Positions 9,005 through 19,978 of a stretch of DNA of 64,000 nt are shown here, in pieces (positions within the stretch are counted from its first letter, which is position 1; each line of letters begins with the position of its first letter). Below the pieces are notes generated by a model that did not search any database, had not been told where the DNA came from, and saw nothing but the letters and a program-made list of their open reading frames with translations. A program made the position numbers and the translations under genes. The stretch lies in IMG/VR virus record IMGVR_UViG_3300021963_000023, positions 187,150-251,149 of that record; one strand, given 5' to 3'.

Positions 9005-11376
9005 GAATAGACGGACCTCAAATTACAGGTAGTTTTAATTTAAATGGTGATGTAATTGGTGATTTAGATGCGTTGGTAACAACATCATCATTAAACACCT
9101 ATACTTCATCGATAGGAACGACGATGGGTCACGTAAACACCGCAACCCATTCATTAAACACGTTCACAAGTAGTGCAACTACAAAACTAAACTCAATTGA
9201 AGGGGTAACTGGTTCATATGCAACAACTGGTAGTAACTTATTTGTTGGAACTCAGACATCATCTGGTTCTATTGTACCATCAGTTAATAACACATATGAC
9301 TTAGGAAGTCCAACACACCAATTTCGTCACGTCTATATTTCTTCAGGTTCATTATATGTTAATGGAACAAAGGTATTAGGTAGTACCGCACAAGAATTAC
9401 AAATTACAACCGACGCTGGACAATCGTTTAAAATATTAGAATCAAGTTCAGATACAATCACACTACAATCTGCTGATGGAAATATTACATTAACATCAAC
9501 AGGTCAAGGTGATATTGTTATGGACCCAAATACGGGTGTTATTGGTTTAAAAGGTACGGTTACAATTTATACAGGAAATAAAATAACATCAAGTGATGGA
9601 AATGCAATTCAATTCGGTAATGGTATTGCCGTTACTGGTAGTATTGTTGCAACTGGAACCGCTTTAGTTTCTGGTTCATCACAAATTACATATAGTGGAT
9701 TAAGTGGTTTACCTAGTAATATTATAAGTGGTAGTGGTCAATTAACAACATTGGGAATTGCAACAACTGGTAGCAATACCTTTAATGGTAATTTAACTGT
9801 TACAGGATTTATTGATGCACAAGAATTAAGAACAACATATATCAGTTCTTCCATATTATATCGTTCAGGATCAACAAAGTTTGGTGACGAATTAACGGAC
9901 ACACATTCATTTACTGGTTCCATTTTAATTAGCGGAAGTATTAGTGTTCCTGGTTCTAATTTGGTATCAGGGAGCTCACAAGTATTAAACGGTAGTGGTG
10001 TGTTTAGCGGTAGTGCTCAATTACCATCTGGTATTGTATCTAGTTCAGCACAAACAATTGCAAATTTACCGTCAGGTGTTGTATCTGGTAGTGCACAGAC
10101 GATTGCTAATTTACCATCGGGTACGGTTTCGGGTAGTGCACAAACGATTGCAAATTTACCAAGCGGAACAGTATCGGGTAGTGTACAAGTTGATGTTATG
10201 TCAACAACAAACATTGCTCGGTTGGCAACAACTGGTTCAAATACATTTACAAGTAATCAAATTGTTAGTGGTGCATTTACAACAACTGGAGATATTAACG
10301 TTAATTCAAGTGGTATTATAATTAATAGAAACACATCTGGAGAACCATATTTGTTTTTTAGAAAAGATGGTGTTAATAGAGGTTCTATATATGGTATAAC
10401 AGGTGGTGGTTTAAGAATGTTTGACCAAAGCGATAATCAAGTTCTAACTATGACCGGTAGTATGATAGGAATAAATAAATCATCACCTAGCGGCACACTT
10501 GATGTTCAATCATCGGGAGCAAATGGTATTGTTTTATCTTCTGATTCTAATGATACTAATAATAGTGGTAGAATATTCTTAATGAGAACCGGTGGTGAGG
10601 GGTTTGCAATTATGAATAATTCTGGTAACTTAAGTTTTAGAAGTAACGCAATACCAGGAAACACATCAGGTAATGAAAGAATGAAGTTAGATTCTTCGCA
10701 TAATTTAATATTAAATAATGGTTTAACTGTTGCGGGTGCAACTAACCATACTGGTGCGGTAAGGATGAATAATAGTTCTGCGGGTAATTCACCTAAAATT
10801 ACTTTTGGTACTGAAGATGAAAGTATTGCAGGAAATAAATCAATTTATCTTGATACCTATTGGATGATTCTTCAACCTCACGTAAATGAGGGTTTAAGAG
10901 TTAGATTTGTTAATGGGTCAGGAACACAAACTGAGACCGTTAGACTTCAATCAACCCAAGCAAGTTTTTACACATCCATAAGTTCTTCAAGTAGTATATC
11001 CGCTTCAGGTAATATGGGAGCAAGAAACTTTAATAACTTAGTTAGAAGTTGGTCCTCAAATGGTTCATATGTTTGGCACGAACAATTAAATGCAATCGCA
11101 AGTGTTTTTGATGATGGTGGATTGTATAGAGCATTTATTAGAGAATCAAATGCTGCACATTATTATGGATATATGTTTGACATTAATGTTAGTAGTAAAG
11201 GATATGGAGGAACATCACTTCAATATGTTGTTCGAAATATGACATCGTCTAATGGAGCGTGGCCAGCAGGTTGTGGAGCAACTTCATTTGCATCAATAGA
11301 TAATAGTGGATTTACAAAACAAAGTAGTGGTTGTTTTGATACTTTACATTTATATATAACAAAAATAGGAGGTTAA
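9001..11376 (+). CDS. Tail fibre protein
   Basis: Shares the YATTGSN...YDLGS...GTKVLGST.QEL cassette and the QTIANLPSG repeats with 11739 and 15395; unique C-terminal tip. Confidence 0.75.
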   Translation: MRIDGPQITGSFNLNGDVIGDLDALVTTSSLNTYTSSIGTTMGHVNTATHSLNTFTSSATTKLNSIEGVTGSYATTGSNLFVGTQTSSGSIVPSVNNTYDLGSPTHQFRHVYISSGSLYVNGTKVLGSTAQELQITTDAGQSFKILESSSDTITLQSADGNITLTSTGQGDIVMDPNTGVIGLKGTVTIYTGNKITSSDGNAIQFGNGIAVTGSIVATGTALVSGSSQITYSGLSGLPSNIISGSGQLTTLGIATTGSNTFNGNLTVTGFIDAQELRTTYISSSILYRSGSTKFGDELTDTHSFTGSILISGSISVPGSNLVSGSSQVLNGSGVFSGSAQLPSGIVSSSAQTIANLPSGVVSGSAQTIANLPSGTVSGSAQTIANLPSGTVSGSVQVDVMSTTNIARLATTGSNTFTSNQIVSGAFTTTGDINVNSSGIIINRNTSGEPYLFFRKDGVNRGSIYGITGGGLRMFDQSDNQVLTMTGSMIGINKSSPSGTLDVQSSGANGIVLSSDSNDTNNSGRIFLMRTGGEGFAIMNNSGNLSFRSNAIPGNTSGNERMKLDSSHNLILNNGLTVAGATNHTGAVRMNNSSAGNSPKITFGTEDESIAGNKSIYLDTYWMILQPHVNEGLRVRFVNGSGTQTETVRLQSTQASFYTSISSSSSISASGNMGARNFNNLVRSWSSNGSYVWHEQLNAIASVFDDGGLYRAFIRESNAAHYYGYMFDINVSSKGYGGTSLQYVVRNMTSSNGAWPAGCGATSFASIDNSGFTKQSSGCFDTLHLYITKIGG

Positions 11377-11387
11377 AATTTAAAAAT

Positions 11388-11723
11388 ATGGCAATTAATA
11401 TTACTATAGTATCAATTAAAAAAACAGATAATTTAGAGTTACCAAATGTGGTTACAGAAATTACCTATAAAATAACTAAAGAAGAAAATGGTAAAACCGC
11501 TTCATTAGAAGGTTTTGCTAATTTAGATTTTAGTGAGTTAACACAAGAAAATTATATCCCAATTTCAGGATTAACTGAAAATATGATTAAAGATTGGGTA
11601 TTGAATTCAATTGGAGATAGAATCACATCAATTGAAAGTTATTTGGATAATGAAATTGAAACTCAAGAAGAGAAATTAAAAATTGTTTCTACTGAAATAA
11701 AATTACCTTGGGAAACTAATTAA
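11388..11723 (+). CDS. Small acidic fibre-associated protein (possible chaperone)
   Basis: 111 aa with a ..DWV.. / LPW C-terminus typical of small proteins downstream of phage fibres. Confidence 0.5.
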   Translation: MAINITIVSIKKTDNLELPNVVTEITYKITKEENGKTASLEGFANLDFSELTQENYIPISGLTENMIKDWVLNSIGDRITSIESYLDNEIETQEEKLKIVSTEIKLPWETN

Positions 11724-11726
11724 AAC

Positions 11727-11734
11727 TATTTATA
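11727..11734 (+). promoter_or_regulatory. TATTTATA putative late-promoter motif
   Basis: 4 nt upstream of ATG 11739. Confidence 0.5.
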
Positions 11735-11738
11735 ACTA

Positions 11739-14700
11739 ATGGCAAACGGAGCATTTAAATTTAAAGACAATTCGGGTAATGTGGTATCATTTATCTCAGG
11801 AAGTGGTTCAAATATATCATTTTCAGGAGGTACGCTTGACCTATCAGGAATGACAGGTCTAACCTTAGGTAATCTTACCTTAAGTGGTACAACACAGAAC
11901 GCAATATCGGCTTCACACGCTGCGAGTTATCTATTAACATCTTCGTTTAACACATATAGTGGAACAACCGATACAGTTATCGGAACACTACAAACAAGTA
12001 CAAGTAGTTTAAATAGTTTTACATCAAGTGCAACAAGTAGATTATCATCTATAGAAACATCCACAGGTAGTTTAAACACATTCACCTCAAGTGCAACAAC
12101 AAGATTAAACTCTATTGAGGGTGTATCAGGTAGTTATGCAACAACAGGTTCCAACTTATTTAAAGGTAATCAAACAATTTCAGGTTCAATTATACCTGCA
12201 GTTGACAATGCCTACGATTTAGGTAGTGTTACACATCAATTTAGAGATTTATACCTTTCATCGGCATCATTATACATTGATGGAACAAAAGTTTTAGGTA
12301 GTACCGCACAAGAATTACAAATTACAACTGACACAGGTCAGTCATTTAAGATATTAGAAGCTGGTAGTGATAACATTACACTTCAATCTGCCGATGGTAA
12401 CATTGAATTAAAATCAAGTGGCGGTGGTGATGTTATATTAGACCCAACAACGGGAGTAATTGCACTTAAAGGAACAACCACATTATATGCGGGAAATAAA
12501 ATTTTATCAAGTGATGGAAACGCAATTCAAATTGGTAATAGTGCAACTATAACTGGTAGTTTAATTGTTACGGGATTTATTGAAACTCAAGAATTAAGAA
12601 CAACTTATATTTCATCATCTATATTATATAGAAGTGGAAGCACAAAATTCGGAGATGAGTTAAGTGATACTCACACATTTACTGGTAGTTTATTGGTTAG
12701 TGGAACGATTAGTGTTCCAGGTTCTGGATTAATTTCAGGATCATCGCAAATATTAAATGGTAGTGGGGTGTTTAGTGGTAGTGCACAATTGCCATCTGGT
12801 ATTGTTTCTAGTTCCGCACAAACAATTGCAAATTTACCGAGTGGAGTTGTATCAGGTTCTGCACAAACAATTGCTAACTTACCAAGTGGAACCGTAAGTG
12901 GTAGTGTTCAAGTTGATGTAATGTCAACAACAAATATTGCTCGGTTGGCAACAACAGGGTCAAACACATTCACAAGTAATCAAATTGTTAGTGGTAGTGT
13001 TTATATATCATCAGGTAGTTATTTTAATGTTGGTAGAGGTGCGGATAATAGTTATCCATTTAATGTAACGTCCCAATTTGCAAAAACAGATACTTCAGGT
13101 AGAGGTTTAATGTTTTTAGGTTCTAACGAATCAATTGCAACTAATCCTTTTGGGTTGGTTGTAACAGTAACAGGTGCAGCATCGTTAGCGGGTAGAACGG
13201 TAACAATGGGAACCACTGATTTTGGTTTAGCTAATGGTGGAACATTAAATTTGAATAATACATTATATGTTACGGGATCTAATATTGGTATTGGAACATC
13301 AACCCCAAATGCCTCATTAACAGTATCAGGTGGTGCAATATCTTTTCCATCAAATATGTCATCAGGATTTGTTGGATATTCTTTATTTCAAAATGGAAGT
13401 AAATTAACTATTGCAGGTGGTAGTGGTGGTATTCAACTCAACAATACAGCAAATTCAGCGGGACTTGTGAGTTTATTTGATAATGGAAATTTTCTAATAG
13501 GAACAACAGGAACAGATGGAGGATACAAGCTAGATGTTAATGGTACAGGAAGGTTTAGTGGTGATTTATATATTGATAATTCAAGTGCATTAGGATATTC
13601 AAGATTATGGTTAAGAAATAGTGGTGCATCTAATACTAACTATTTAATTGGTGTTGGTGGAAGTACTTCTGCAAGAGCAAATTTATTTTATATAAATAAT
13701 ACTACTTCTGACACTACTTTATTTAGTATGACATCCACAGGAGCAGCCACATTCTCTGCTAAAGTAAGTGCAAAAGGTGGAAGTGCTTCAGGTGGTTATT
13801 ATATGGATTATCAAACGGATGGTTCAAGTAGAAGTTTTAGAGTTTCAAGTGAACATTTAGTATATGCTGATTTTGTTATTCAAAGATCAACTACAAGAAC
13901 AGGAACTACCTACGAAGATTTACTTTATTTTGATGCAAATAGAGCGGCCACATTTTCTAGTAGCATAACGGCAGGAGGTGCAGTTATAGCAAATGTGGCT
14001 TCAGGATTTAGAAGCAATACTTACCAAGGTGGATTAAATCCTATTTGGTGTTTTAATACTGCTCCTGCTTATGGTATGGGGTACTACCAAGTTAATACCG
14101 ATATTTTAGGAATTGGTATGGATGCTATTGGATTTTTCTTTAGTAATACTTCTGCCCCTCAGTTTTTTGTTAAAGCAAATGGAGGTGCATATTTTGAAAA
14201 TAGTGTAGGTATAGGTGCAAAGTTTCCAAGAACAAGATTACAAGTTACACCAGCATCAAATGCTGAAACTCCTGTTTTAGGTACAGCAACTGGCGCTGTA
14301 ACATTTACATCTGCAAATACAAACTATGGAATACAGTTTAATAGTACATCAGATGGTTCATATTTTATTCAATCTCAAAGATTTGACGCATCAGCTACAG
14401 CGTATGCTCTTGGTTTAAATCCAGTAGGTGGATATGTTTATTTGGGTAAAGGTTGGGGAGCAGCAAACCATAGAATAAACTTAGAAGTAGCACAAGGTAA
14501 TAACATTCTTGTAGTAAGTGCATATGCTGGGGCTTCTAATGATAGTGTTCTTATAAGGGCGGCATCTGGAGCTAATCCTAACGATGCGGGTACCACAATG
14601 GGGGTTACAACTAACAGTGCAACGGGAAGATCAATATCAGCAGGTGGGACTATTAATGCATCCGGTAATGACTATGCTGAGTATATGTTAAAAGCTGTTA

Positions 14701-15146
14701 CTGATAATATTTCTAAAGGTGATATTGTTGGTATAGATAATGAAGGATTACTTACAAATATATTTTCTGATTCTGTGTCGTTCGTGGTTAAATCTACAAA
14801 TCCTTCTTATGTTGGAGGCGATGCTTGGGGAACTGTAGTTGGTAAAAGACCAGAAAGAACAACAGACCAAACAGAAGAAGAGTTTGCACCAATATTAGCA
14901 GAATTTGAAGCTAAATTAGAAGTTGAAAGACAAAAGGTAGATAGAATAGCATTTAGTGGTCAGGTTCCAGTAAATGTTACGGGATCAACCGTTGGTGATT
15001 ATATTATTCCAATATCAACTGAAGACGGAAAAATAACAGGACAAACAATAACAAACCCAACATTTGAACAATATCAAATTTCCGTAGGTAAAGTATGGAA
15101 AATAATGGAAGATGGTAGAGCATTTATTGCAGTTAAAATCGGTTAA
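11739..15146 (+). CDS. Tail fibre with C-terminal peptidase G2-like autocleaving chaperone domain
   Basis: Shared fibre cassette, IGIGT..P fibre repeats, C-terminus DYAEY...GDIVG...IAFSGQVPV...GDYI. Confidence 0.75.
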   Translation: MANGAFKFKDNSGNVVSFISGSGSNISFSGGTLDLSGMTGLTLGNLTLSGTTQNAISASHAASYLLTSSFNTYSGTTDTVIGTLQTSTSSLNSFTSSATSRLSSIETSTGSLNTFTSSATTRLNSIEGVSGSYATTGSNLFKGNQTISGSIIPAVDNAYDLGSVTHQFRDLYLSSASLYIDGTKVLGSTAQELQITTDTGQSFKILEAGSDNITLQSADGNIELKSSGGGDVILDPTTGVIALKGTTTLYAGNKILSSDGNAIQIGNSATITGSLIVTGFIETQELRTTYISSSILYRSGSTKFGDELSDTHTFTGSLLVSGTISVPGSGLISGSSQILNGSGVFSGSAQLPSGIVSSSAQTIANLPSGVVSGSAQTIANLPSGTVSGSVQVDVMSTTNIARLATTGSNTFTSNQIVSGSVYISSGSYFNVGRGADNSYPFNVTSQFAKTDTSGRGLMFLGSNESIATNPFGLVVTVTGAASLAGRTVTMGTTDFGLANGGTLNLNNTLYVTGSNIGIGTSTPNASLTVSGGAISFPSNMSSGFVGYSLFQNGSKLTIAGGSGGIQLNNTANSAGLVSLFDNGNFLIGTTGTDGGYKLDVNGTGRFSGDLYIDNSSALGYSRLWLRNSGASNTNYLIGVGGSTSARANLFYINNTTSDTTLFSMTSTGAATFSAKVSAKGGSASGGYYMDYQTDGSSRSFRVSSEHLVYADFVIQRSTTRTGTTYEDLLYFDANRAATFSSSITAGGAVIANVASGFRSNTYQGGLNPIWCFNTAPAYGMGYYQVNTDILGIGMDAIGFFFSNTSAPQFFVKANGGAYFENSVGIGAKFPRTRLQVTPASNAETPVLGTATGAVTFTSANTNYGIQFNSTSDGSYFIQSQRFDASATAYALGLNPVGGYVYLGKGWGAANHRINLEVAQGNNILVVSAYAGASNDSVLIRAASGANPNDAGTTMGVTTNSATGRSISAGGTINASGNDYAEYMLKAVTDNISKGDIVGIDNEGLLTNIFSDSVSFVVKSTNPSYVGGDAWGTVVGKRPERTTDQTEEEFAPILAEFEAKLEVERQKVDRIAFSGQVPVNVTGSTVGDYIIPISTEDGKITGQTITNPTFEQYQISVGKVWKIMEDGRAFIAVKIG

Positions 15147-15160
15147 AACTATTTATTAAT

Positions 15161-15367
15161 ATGGCATATAGAATACAAAAACAATTCGTACCGGTAGACA
15201 CCAACAATGGTGATCCAGATTGGGCAAAAAGACAAATATGGGTATCAAAATTAAACGCAGAAGATTCTGTGGATGAGTTTGATACATTAGAAGAAGCTGA
15301 AACCAAAAAGGGTGAATTGGAAACCGCAGATCCGTCTGAAAGAGTTTACAGAATTGTTGAGATCTAA
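15161..15367 (+). CDS. Small hypothetical protein
   Basis: 68-aa ORF with TATTTATT at 15150-15157, 3 nt before the ATG. Confidence 0.6.
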   Translation: MAYRIQKQFVPVDTNNGDPDWAKRQIWVSKLNAEDSVDEFDTLEEAETKKGELETADPSERVYRIVEI

Positions 15368-15394
15368 TCGGTCAATCGGACTATTTATTTACAT

Positions 15395-16642
15395 ATGAAA
15401 GTCCATAATCTCACAGTAACGGGTTCCCTAACAAGTGGTGGGGAAGTCATCACATCAATATCTTCATCCACCGTAACTAAACTTGGAAGTTTATCTTCTT
15501 CCTTGTCGACAAGTATCGGTCAATTATCATCATCGATGGCATCGTCAATGACAAGTCTATCTTCGTCATTAACGTCAAGTATGGGTAGTTTATCGTCCTC
15601 GATGGCGTCTTCTATGACAAGTTTATCTTCGTCATTGACAGGTAGTATGGGTAGTTTATCATCTTCGATGGCAACTTCGATGAATGACCTTTCATCTTCA
15701 ATGGGAAGTATAATGGCCACCACTGGTAGCAATCTATTTAAAGGTAATCAAACAATATCAGGTTCAATCATACCAGCCGTTAATGGTTTATATGACTTAG
15801 GTTCAATAACAAATGAATTTAGAGATTTATATCTTTCTTCCGCATCATTATATATCGACGGAACAAAGGTACTTGGAAGCACAACACAGGAACTTACAAT
15901 CACAACTGATACAGGACAATCATTTAAGATATTAGAAGCCGGTTCAGACACAATTACATTACAAGCAGCAGACGGAAATATTACACTTGCAACATCAGGT
16001 GGTGGAGATGTTATATTAGATCCAACAAGTGGACTTATTGCACTTAAGGGAACAACAACATTATATGCTGGTAATAAAATACTATCATCTGATGGGAATG
16101 CAATTCAAATCGGTAATAGTGTAACAATGACAGGTTCATTAATAGTAACCGGATTTATTGAAACACAAGAATTAAGAACAACATATATTAGTAGTTCAAT
16201 TTTATATAGAAGTGGTAGTACTAAGTTTGGTGACGAATTAGGTGACACACATTCATTTACAGGAAGTTTAACCGTTAGTGGGAGTATTAGTATACCTAGT
16301 TCAGGATTGGTCTCAGGATCGTCCCAAATTACGTATGGTGGATTAAGTGGTGTACCAAGTGGTATTATAAGTGGTAGTTCACAATTACCATCTGGATTGG
16401 TATCGGGTAGTGTACAAGTATTAAACGGAAGTGGAGTGTTTAGTGGTAGTGCACAATTGCCATCTGGTATTGTTAGCGGTAGTGCACAAACTATTGCTAA
16501 TTTACCAAGTGGAGTGGTGTCGGGTTCAGCACAAACTATTGCAAATCTACCAAGCGGAACCGTATCTGGTTCTAGTCAAGTATTAAATGGTACAACAATC
16601 CATTCTGGTTCATTCTTTAATGGTATCAGTTGTATCTGGTAG
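15395..16642 (+). CDS. Tail fibre, N-terminal part (frameshifted at ~16625)
   Basis: Fibre cassette and Met/Ser 11-mer repeats. Ends abruptly (NGISCIW*) where paralogues continue SGSVQVDVMSTT. Confidence 0.7.
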   Translation: MKVHNLTVTGSLTSGGEVITSISSSTVTKLGSLSSSLSTSIGQLSSSMASSMTSLSSSLTSSMGSLSSSMASSMTSLSSSLTGSMGSLSSSMATSMNDLSSSMGSIMATTGSNLFKGNQTISGSIIPAVNGLYDLGSITNEFRDLYLSSASLYIDGTKVLGSTTQELTITTDTGQSFKILEAGSDTITLQAADGNITLATSGGGDVILDPTSGLIALKGTTTLYAGNKILSSDGNAIQIGNSVTMTGSLIVTGFIETQELRTTYISSSILYRSGSTKFGDELGDTHSFTGSLTVSGSISIPSSGLVSGSSQITYGGLSGVPSGIISGSSQLPSGLVSGSVQVLNGSGVFSGSAQLPSGIVSGSAQTIANLPSGVVSGSAQTIANLPSGTVSGSSQVLNGTTIHSGSFFNGISCIW

Positions 16643-18263
16643 TGTGCAGGTGGATGTTATGTCAACAACAAATATTGCTCGGCTCGCAACAACTGGTTCG
16701 AACGTATTTACTGGTGCTCAAACAATCAACGCAAGTAATGTGGGTAGAATAAATTTAGGAAATACAACAGAAACAAAAACAGCGGGTGCAATCATCGCAC
16801 AAACATCCCCATCATATGGTGCAACCGGTAAACTTGGGTTTAGTGTTACAACCTGGGGTGTAAATACTGATTATGATTTAACCGAAGTAATGGCGATAGA
16901 TATGAGAAGCGCCGATACAAAGGGTGCTATAATTTATATGAATCCATTTGGTGGTGGTCGACTTGGTGTGGGAACACAAAACCCAACAGAAATGTTGCAC
17001 GTATATGGTTCTGGTTCAGCAACATCAATCAAGGTAGAAACAGCAACAAATCACGCAACATTTTTTGAGGCTAGTACATTTACCGGAACAACTAAAACAA
17101 GACTTCAATCTAATTCAAGTGCTGGATTTGTTGGTACAATAACAAGTCACCCATTTGATATTTTTTCTGGAAATGCATTTGCCGCGAGATATAACACGAA
17201 TGGTAATTTAAATGTTGGATATCAAGGAGATCAAGGAGCTAAATTATATGTCCAAGCAAACCTTGCCTCATATGCTGCATATATTGAACAGCTTGGTGGG
17301 GCCACAAGTTCTTATGGTGGTTTAAGAATTACAACAAATAGTACTGGTGTTAACTCTTTATATATTGATAACGCAGGTACTGAACGTTTTTCAGTAAAGG
17401 GCAGTGGTGTTGTACATATACAAAACGCTCTTGGTGTTGGTTACAGTGATCCACAATACACTTTACAGGTTCTTAATACAATAGGTTTAAGAGCTAATAG
17501 TCAAAACATTAAAGCAATAACAGGTACCGGTTGGGGTTATAGTCCGTCTACATATAAAGTTGTTATGCTTGGTGACACCGCTAATAATGTTACGGTATCA
17601 ATTGGTTATGATCCATCTGGTAATGCAAATAGTGCATTTAATGGTGCCGGTGGTGAGGTTTTATTTAGAAATGGTGCGTCATTTGCAACACCAAACGCAG
17701 CAAATACTTCATTTAATTTAAACACATTAGTATTAAAGGATGGAAAAGTTGGTTTTGGTAACGCCGATCCAACATACGGTGTGGATGTTAGTGGTAATAT
17801 TAGAATTAATGCTGGTGCAACATCATATCTTTATTTTAGTTCAACAATAACAAATAGATATCTAGCATATAATGGTGCGGATTCTTATTGGAGAAGTGAT
17901 GGTGTTCATTATTTTGAAAAAACATCTGGATATAAAGGTTCTTGGGATGCTAATGGTAATTTAACAGTAACGGGAACAATAACAGAATCATCAGCTAAAA
18001 GATATAAAGAAAATATTAAATTATTAGAAAACTCTTTAGATAAAATCATAAAACTAAGGGGTGTGTCTTATAATAAAATAGAAAGTGGTGATAAAGAAAT
18101 TGGTTTAATTGCGGAAGAGGTTAATGAGATATTACCTGAGTTAATTACCAAAAACACAAATGGAGAAATTGAATCTGTAGCATATGGTAGAGTGGTTAGT
18201 GTTTTAATTGAGGCAATAAAAGAATTAAAAATTGAAATTGAAGAATTAAAATCTAATTTATAA
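16587..18263 (+). CDS. Tail fibre, C-terminal part with peptidase S74-type chaperone (+1-frame continuation of 15395)
   Basis: Begins SVVSGSVQVDVMSTTNIARLATTGSN, matching the internal cassette of 9001 and 11739; C-terminus SAKRYKENI...IGLIAEEV...LIEAIKEL. Confidence 0.75.
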   Translation: MVQQSILVHSLMVSVVSGSVQVDVMSTTNIARLATTGSNVFTGAQTINASNVGRINLGNTTETKTAGAIIAQTSPSYGATGKLGFSVTTWGVNTDYDLTEVMAIDMRSADTKGAIIYMNPFGGGRLGVGTQNPTEMLHVYGSGSATSIKVETATNHATFFEASTFTGTTKTRLQSNSSAGFVGTITSHPFDIFSGNAFAARYNTNGNLNVGYQGDQGAKLYVQANLASYAAYIEQLGGATSSYGGLRITTNSTGVNSLYIDNAGTERFSVKGSGVVHIQNALGVGYSDPQYTLQVLNTIGLRANSQNIKAITGTGWGYSPSTYKVVMLGDTANNVTVSIGYDPSGNANSAFNGAGGEVLFRNGASFATPNAANTSFNLNTLVLKDGKVGFGNADPTYGVDVSGNIRINAGATSYLYFSSTITNRYLAYNGADSYWRSDGVHYFEKTSGYKGSWDANGNLTVTGTITESSAKRYKENIKLLENSLDKIIKLRGVSYNKIESGDKEIGLIAEEVNEILPELITKNTNGEIESVAYGRVVSVLIEAIKELKIEIEELKSNL

Positions 18264-18739
18264 TGGCGTCATTACAAGGAACAACGGTAACAACATTTAA
18301 TGCAACAACATCAGCCACAGCATCCTCTATTTGGAACACATCCTCAGGATCTGTTCAACAATGGGCCGGATATGTTGGTGTACCAACACCTTATTATGAA
18401 CCATCAAATAATTTTGCTAATTTAATTGGAAATAATAATGGATATGCTTGGATTATGGGTCACGTTTCAATCCCAGCAAATCAATCATATAATAGTTGTC
18501 ACGATTTTTGGTTTGCATTATCAAGATATGGTATAAAAACCTCTTTTGTTACAACAAACGATGGTTTATTAGGTTTATCACATTATCAAGATCCTGGAAA
18601 TGCAAACATAAATTATTTAAGAATTACAAATAACTATAATGCAAGTTGGGCTTATGGTAATTATCACGTGTGTGCAACAATCTTTACCGGTAGTGCCAAT
18701 AACTCGGTCATATCATCAGTTTTAACAAGAATTAATTAA
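18263..18739 (+). CDS. Virion-associated protein, paralogue 1 of 3
   Basis: MASL.. start, F-x-x-S-x-Y and RxTN motifs, LTRIN end; these are shared with the next two ORFs. Confidence 0.55.
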   Translation: MASLQGTTVTTFNATTSATASSIWNTSSGSVQQWAGYVGVPTPYYEPSNNFANLIGNNNGYAWIMGHVSIPANQSYNSCHDFWFALSRYGIKTSFVTTNDGLLGLSHYQDPGNANINYLRITNNYNASWAYGNYHVCATIFTGSANNSVISSVLTRIN

Positions 18740-18740
18740 T

Positions 18741-19211
18741 ATGGCAACGCTAATAGCATCATCAATCAATGGGACATTAACAGCAACTACTAGTATAGTT
18801 TCCCCTAAATTATTACAAACATATTCAACACAACAATTTAAAGAGTATATTGGTAGTGCTTCAATACCTAGTTCTGCAAATAGCGCAACAAATTACATAG
18901 ATTTGTTTGGAAATACGGGAGCACACGAAAGAATGCTTGGGTATGTTTCCTGGACCGTTTATCAATCACAAATACATACAGGATCATTTATGTTTCAATT
19001 ATCTGAATATGGTTTAAGTACATACAACTTACAGAATAGTGGATATTGGTCACTCGCTAGACATAATCCAACTTATGGTACTAACTATATTAGATTTACA
19101 AATACTGTTGGTACTGAATGGGGTAACGGAACATATTATTTTGTTGCTAGAATAACCGGTTTAGGTGGTCACTCATTTGTATCATCATATTTAACAGAAA
19201 GAATAAGATAG
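18741..19211 (+). CDS. Virion-associated protein, paralogue 2 of 3
   Basis: MATL.., FQLSEY, IRFTN, LTERIR. Confidence 0.55.
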   Translation: MATLIASSINGTLTATTSIVSPKLLQTYSTQQFKEYIGSASIPSSANSATNYIDLFGNTGAHERMLGYVSWTVYQSQIHTGSFMFQLSEYGLSTYNLQNSGYWSLARHNPTYGTNYIRFTNTVGTEWGNGTYYFVARITGLGGHSFVSSYLTERIR

Positions 19212-19212
19212 T

Positions 19213-19659
19213 ATGGCAAATTTAATAAGCACAACAGCACCAACAATATCAGCGTCTTTAATAACATCACCATTAACATATATGGAGACGGGTAACGGAA
19301 TGATTGAATATACTGGTTCTGTTTTCTTAAATAACAATGGATCGGTGGATATTTTAACCAATAATAGTGGTTATTCTAGAGTTGTTGGTTTAGGTTATTT
19401 TATGGCGGTTAGATCCAGCTCTTCTTGGTCTTTTGGACACTTTAGTTTTCAATGTTCAAGATACGAAACCTCATACACAAATTTATTACAATCAGATTGG
19501 GGAGGGTATTCAATAGCTAATTACCAAAATCCGGGTAATGTTGACATAAACTCCGTTAGATTCACAAATACTTCTGGTGATAGTGGGACGTTTTATTTTA
19601 ATTTTTTATTACAAAACCACGTAAGCGAATCATCGGCAAATTTAACAAGAATTAAATAA
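19213..19659 (+). CDS. Virion-associated protein, paralogue 3 of 3
   Basis: MANL.., FQCSRY, VRFTN, LTRIK. Confidence 0.55.
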   Translation: MANLISTTAPTISASLITSPLTYMETGNGMIEYTGSVFLNNNGSVDILTNNSGYSRVVGLGYFMAVRSSSSWSFGHFSFQCSRYETSYTNLLQSDWGGYSIANYQNPGNVDINSVRFTNTSGDSGTFYFNFLLQNHVSESSANLTRIK

Positions 19660-19667
19660 TTATAATT

Positions 19668-19925
19668 ATGACACATCCATTAGACGACGGAACCGAATTA
19701 ATAAATCCACAAGATGGAACACCATATACCGAAATTCAAAGGTTTGGTTTTTACACTGGATTACAAGAAGTTTTTGATACGGAATATCAAAGACAAAGAA
19801 AGAATGAATATCCACCAATTGAGGAGTATATTGACGGTGTAGTTAAAGGTGATCAATATCAAATTGACGACTATATTCAAAAATGCTTGGCGGTTAAATT
19901 AAAATACCCAAAACCAACTAATTAA
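19668..19925 (+). CDS. Small tail-fibre-associated protein
   Basis: YQRQR..EYP.I.E..D...VK.KYPKP motif, common next to phage fibre genes. Confidence 0.6.
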   Translation: MTHPLDDGTELINPQDGTPYTEIQRFGFYTGLQEVFDTEYQRQRKNEYPPIEEYIDGVVKGDQYQIDDYIQKCLAVKLKYPKPTN

Positions 19926-19954
19926 TATTTCCGCCCCATAACCGATATCCCAAG

Positions 19955-19962
19955 TATTTATA
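19955..19962 (+). promoter_or_regulatory. TATTTATA putative late-promoter motif
   Basis: Intergenic, 16 nt before ATG 19979. Confidence 0.55.
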
Positions 19963-19978
19963 GTTAAACTATAAATTA

